From positions 28,582,001 through 28,646,000 of the forward strand of contig OZ024740.1 of NCBI GenBank assembly GCA_964016885.1: a DNA stretch of 64,000 nt. The letters are read 5' to 3'. Both the position numbers and the translations under genes were made by a program. Shown in pieces: positions 59,401-64,000 of this stretch. The stretch comes from Eledone cirrhosa. Taxonomy: Eukaryota. How positions within the stretch are numbered: the first letter of the stretch is position 1; each line of letters starts with the position of its first letter. Under the pieces are notes generated by a model. That model was not told the DNA's origin, searched no databases, and saw only the letters and a list, made by a program, of their open reading frames with translations.

Positions 59401-60840
59401 GCTGTCTTATATATGTGTCTACTGTGTTAACAGCTGTCTTATATATGCGTCTACTGTGTTAACAGCTGTCTTATATATGTGTCTACTGTGTTAACAGCTG
59501 TCTTATATATGCGTCTACTGTGTTAACAGCTGTCTTATATATGTGTCTACTGTGTCAACATCTGTCTTATATATGCGTCTACTGTGTTAACAGCTGTCTT
59601 ATATATGTGTCTACTGTGTTAACAGCTGTCTTATATATGCGTCTACTGTGTCAACAGCTGTCTTATATATGCGTCTACTGTGTTAACTGCTGTGTTATAT
59701 ATGTGTCTACTGTGTTAACAGCTGTCTTATATATGTGTCTACTGTGTTAACAGCTGTCTTATATATGTGTCTACTGTGTTAACAGCTGTCTTAAATATGT
59801 GTCTACTGTGTTAACAGCTGTCTTATATATGTGTCTACTGTGTCAACAGCTGTCTTATATATGTGTCTACTGTGTTAACAGCTGTCTTATATATGTGTCT
59901 ACTGTGTTAACAGCTGTCTTATATATGTGTCTACTGTTTCAACAGCTGTCTTATATATGTGTCTACTGTGTTAACAGCTGTCTTATATATGTGTCTACTG
60001 TGTTAACAGCTGTCTTACATATGTGTGTACTGTGTCAACAGCTGTGTTATATATGTGTCTACTGTGTTAACAGCTGTCTTATATATGTGTCTACTGTGTT
60101 AACAGCTGTCTTATATATGTGTCTTCTGTGTTAACAGCTGTGTTATATATGTGTCTACTGTGTTAACAGCTGTGTTATATATGTGTCTACTGTGTCAACA
60201 GCTGTGTTAGATATGTGTCTACTGTGTTAACAGCTGTCTTACATATGTGTGTACTGTGTCAACAGCTGTGTTATATATGTGTCTACTGTGTTAACAGCTG
60301 TCTTATATATGTGTCTACTGTGCTAACAGCCGTCTTATATATGTGTCTACTGTGTTAACAGATGTCTTATATATGTGTCTACTGTGCTAACAGCTGTCTT
60401 ATATATGTGTCTACTGTGTTTACAGATGTCTTATATATGTGTCTACTGTGTTAACAGCTGTGTTATATATGTGTCTACTGTGTCAACAGCTGTCTTATAT
60501 ATGTGTCTACTGTGTTAACAGCTGTGTTATATATGTGTGTACTGTGCTAACAGCTGTGTTATATATGTGTGTACTGTGTTAACAGCTGTCTTATATATGT
60601 GTCTACTGTGCTAACAGCTGTCTTATATATGTGTCTACTGTGTTAACAGCTGTCTTATATATGTGTCTACTGTGTTAACAGCTGTGTTATATATGTGTCT
60701 ACTGTGCTAACAGCTGTCTTATATATGTGTCTACTGTGCTAACAGCAGTGTTATATATGTGTCGACAGTGTCAACAGCTGTGTTATATATGTGTCTACTG
60801 TGCTAACAGCTGTCTTATATATGTGTCTACTGTGCTAACA
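50460..60840. repeat. Duplicated ~3 kb block with offset 7360 bp (230 monomers), plus a partial extra copy near 56.2-57.8 kb
   Basis: GTGACT at 50937/58297 (also 56473) and GTCGAC at 53401/60761. ORF pairs 51223/58583, 52160/59520 and 52439/59799. The ATAGGTCTCT variant occurs at ~51156, ~56691 and ~58516. Confidence 0.85.
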
Positions 60841-63800
60841 GCTGTCTTATATATGTGTCTACTGTGTTAACAGCTGTCTTATATATGCGTCTACTGTGTT
60901 AACAGCTGTCTTATATATGTGTCTACTGTGTTAACAGCTGTCTTATATATGCGTCTACTGTGTTAACAGCTGTCTTATATATGTGTCTACTGTGTCAACA
61001 TCTGTCTTATATATGCGTCTACTGTGTTAACAGCTGTCTTATATATGTGTCTACTGTGTTAACAGCCGTCTTATATATGCGTCTACTGTGTCAACAGCTG
61101 TCTTATATATGCGTCTACTGTGTTAACTGCTGTGTTATATATGTGTCTACTGTGTTAACAGCTGTCTTATATATGTGTCTACTGTGTTAACAGCTGTCTT
61201 ATATATGTGTCTACTGTGTTAACAGCTGTCTTAAATATGTGTCTACTGTGTTAACAGCTGTCTTATATATGTGTCTACTGTGTCAACAGCTGTCTTATAT
61301 ATGTGTCTACTGTGTTAACAGCTGTCTTATATATGTGTCTACTGTGTTAACAGCTGTGTTATATATGTGTCTACTGTTTCAACAGCTGTCTTATATATGT
61401 GTCTACTGTGTTAACAGCTGTCTTATATATGTGTCTACTGTGTTAACAGCTGTCTTACATATGTGTGTACTGTGTCAACAGCTGTGTTATATATGTGTCT
61501 ACTGTGTTAACAGCTGTCTTATATATGTGTCTACTGTGTTAACAGCTGTCTTATATATGTGTCTTCTGTGTTAACAGCTGTGTTATATATGTGTCTACTG
61601 TGTTAACAGCTGTGTTATATATGTGTCTACTGTGTCAACAGCTGTGTTAGATATGTGTCTACTGTGTTAACAGCTGTCTTACATATGTGTGTACTGTGTC
61701 AACAGCTGTGTTATATATGTGTCTACTGTGTTAACAGCTGTCTTATATATGTGTCTACTGTGCTAACAGCCGTCTTATATATGTGTCTACTGTGTTAACA
61801 GATGTTTATATATGTGTCTACTGTGCTAACAGCTGTCTTATATATGTGTCTACTGTGTTAACAGCTGTCTTATATATGTGTCTACTGTGCTAACAGCTGT
61901 GTTATATATGTGTCTACTGTGTTAACAGCTGTCTTATATATGTGTCTACTGTGTTAACAGCTGTGTTATATATGTGTCTACTGTGCTAACAGCTGTCTTA
62001 TATATGTGTCTACTGTGCTAACAGCTGTGTTATATATGTGTCGACAGTGTCAACAGCTGTGTTATATATGTGTCTACTGTGCTAACAGCTGTCTTATATA
62101 TGTGTCTACTGTGCTAACGGCTGTCTTATATATGTGTCTACTGTGTTAACAGCTGTCTTATATATGCGTCTACTGTGTTAACAGCTGTCTTATATATGTG
62201 TCTACTGTGTTAACAGCTGTCTTATATATGCGTCTACTGTGTTAACAGCTGTCTTATATATGTGTCTACTGTGTCAACATCTGTCTTATATATGCGTCTA
62301 CTGTGTTAACAGCTGTCTTATATATGTGTCTACTGTGTTAACAGCCGTCTTATATATGCGTCTACTGTGTCAACAGCTGTCTTATATATGCGTCTACTGT
62401 GTTAACTGCTGTGTTATATATGTGTCTACTGTGTTAACAGCTGTCTTATATATGTGTCTACTGTGTTAACAGCTGTCTTATATATGTGTCTACTGTGTTA
62501 ACAGCTGTCTTAAATATGTGTCTACTGTGTTAACAGCTGTCTTATATATGTGTCTACTGTGTCAACAGCTGTCTTATATATGTGTCTACTGTGTTAACAG
62601 CTGTCTTATATATGTGTCTACTGTGTTAACAGCTGTGTTATATATGTGTCTACTGTTTCAACAGCTGTCTTATATATGTGTCTACTGTGTTAACAGCTGT
62701 CTTATATATGTGTCTACTGTGTTAACAGCTGTCTTACATATGTGTGTACTGTGTCAACAGCTGTGTTATATATGTGTCTACTGTGTTAACAGCTGTCTTA
62801 TATATGTGTCTACTGTGTTAACAGCTGTCTTATATATGTGTCTTCTGTGTTAACAGCTGTGTTATATATGTGTCTACTGTGTTAACAGCTGTGTTATATA
62901 TGTGTCTACTGTGTCAACAGCTGTGTTAGATATGTGTCTACTGTGTTAACAGCTGTCTTACATATGTGTGTACTGTGTCAACAGCTGTGTTATATATGTG
63001 TCTACTGTGTTAACAGCTGTCTTATATATGTGTCTACTGTGCTAACAGCCGTCTTATATATGTGTCTACTGTGTTAACAGATGTCTTATATATGTGTCTA
63101 CTGTGCTAACAGCTGTCTTATATATGTGTCTACTGTGTTTACAGATGTCTTATATATGTGTCTACTGTGTTAACAGCTGTGTTATATATGTGTCTACTGT
63201 GTCAACAGCTGTCTTATATATGTGTCTACTGTGTTAACAGCTGTGTTATATATGTGTGTACTGTGCTAACAGCTGTGTTATATATGTGTGTACTGTGTTA
63301 ACAGCTGTCTTATATATGTGTCTACTGTGCTAACAGCTGTCTTATATATGTGTCTACTGTGTTAACAGCTGTCTTATATATGTGTCTACTGTGTTAACAG
63401 CTGTGTTATATATGTGTCTACTGTGCTAACAGCTGTCTTATATATGTGTCTACTGTGCTAACAGCTGTGTTATATATGTGTCGACAGTGTCAACAGCTGT
63501 GTTATATATGTGTCTACTGTGCTAACAGCTGTCTTATATATGTGTCTACTGTGCTAACAGCTGTCTTATATATGTGTCTACTGTGTTAACAGCTGTCTTA
63601 TATATGCGTCTACTGTGTTAACAGCTGTCTTATATATGTGTCTACTGTGTTAACAGCTGTCTTATATATGCGTCTACTGTGTTAACAGCTGTCTTATATA
63701 TGTGTCTACTGTGTCAACATCTGTCTTATATATGCGTCTACTGTGTTAACAGCTGTCTTATATATGTGTCTACTGTGTTAACAGCCGTCTTATATATGCG

Positions 63801-64000
63801 TCTACTGTGTCAACAGCTGTCTTATATATGCGTCTACTGTGTTAACTGCTGTGTTATATATGTGTCTACTGTGTTAACAGCTGTCTTATATATGTGTCTA
63901 CTGTGTTAACAGCTGTCTTATATATGTGTCTACTGTGTTAACAGCTGTCTTAAATATGTGTCTACTGTGTTAACAGCTGTCTTATATATGTGTCTACTGT
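59380..64000. repeat. Young tandem higher-order repeat of 45/40/45 monomers (1440/1279/1440 bp)
   Basis: Identical 76-aa ORFs at 59520, 60960, 62239 and 63679. GTCGAC at 60761, 62040 and 63480. The GTTTACAG variant occurs at 60421/63140 (offset 2719). Confidence 0.88.

Larger units (their letters stand above)
1..64000. repeat. 32-bp tandem satellite array, about 2,000 monomers, running off both window edges; consensus GTTAACAGCTGTCTTATATATGTGTCTACTGT
   Basis: Direct reading: the unit recurs every 32 bp from base 1 to 64000 in one orientation. Common variants are GTTAAC/GTCAAC/GCTAAC, GTCTTA/GTGTTA, ATGTGT/ATGCGT/ATGTCT and TACTGT/TACAGT. The ORF track shows the matching 32-aa (96 bp = 3 monomer) periodic translation. 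Confidence 0.99.
33700..64000. repeat. Satellite sub-domain 3 (GTCGAC, TTAGAT, AGCCGT and TGTTTCAA markers)
   Basis: GTCGAC occurs at 34969, 38425, 43897, 48441, 53401, 60761, 62040 and 63480. I saw the GTTAGAT, CAGCCGT and TGTTTCAAC variants only from ~34.3 kb onward, and GGTAAAA is absent here. Confidence 0.8.

Noticed and set aside
228-63909. Many short Cys/Leu/Val/Tyr-rich ORFs (62-143 aa) with CxxC-like spacing, resembling metallothionein or zinc-binding peptides
   Set aside because: They are translations of the 32-mer cycling through three frames. The single + strand stop (TAA in GTTAAC) is skipped wherever the GTCAAC variant falls in frame. There are no unique termini or gene context, and many starts are GTG/CTG/TTG. 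The minus strand has three stops per monomer, hence no ORFs there.
1-64000. CRISPR array (32-bp, partly palindromic repeat beginning GTT)
   Set aside because: The repeats are directly adjacent with no unique spacers, no leader and no cas genes.
1-64000. Telomerase-made telomeric repeat (TG-rich strand, T 14 versus A 7 per monomer)
   Set aside because: It has no G-runs, and variants are inherited in multi-kb duplicated blocks. That fits recombinational amplification rather than templated addition. A subtelomeric location cannot be excluded.
1-64000. Embedded transposon, inversion, RNA gene or unique island
   Set aside because: None seen. The 32-bp phase is accounted for end to end by single-base indels alone, and the orientation never flips.
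1-64000. Variant pattern as an encoded message or programmed diversification system
   Set aside because: The pattern is adequately explained by point mutation plus in-register duplication and deletion. No associated enzyme or template is present.

Overview
The whole 64 kb window is one uninterrupted, single-orientation tandem array of a 32-bp satellite. The consensus is GTTAACAGCTGTCTTATATATGTGTCTACTGT (exact copy at 111-142), about 34% GC, with about 2,000 monomers. I found no genes, RNA genes, transposons, CRISPR spacers or unique sequence, and all listed ORFs are translation artefacts of the repeat. The information lies in the variant pattern. Rare substitutions and 1-bp indels recur at offsets that are multiples of 32 (minus deletions). 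They define recent multi-kb duplications (112-, 120-, 108-, 58-, 142-, 230- and 45/40-monomer offsets), three sub-domains with their own diagnostic variants, and a probable older higher-order repeat of about 75-81 monomers. The monomer looks like three degenerate 9-12 bp subunits and carries overlapping palindromes, including an E-box (CAGCTG). This resembles eukaryotic heterochromatic or (peri)centromeric satellite, but organism and function cannot be determined from the sequence. All counts and offsets were read by eye and block boundaries are approximate.
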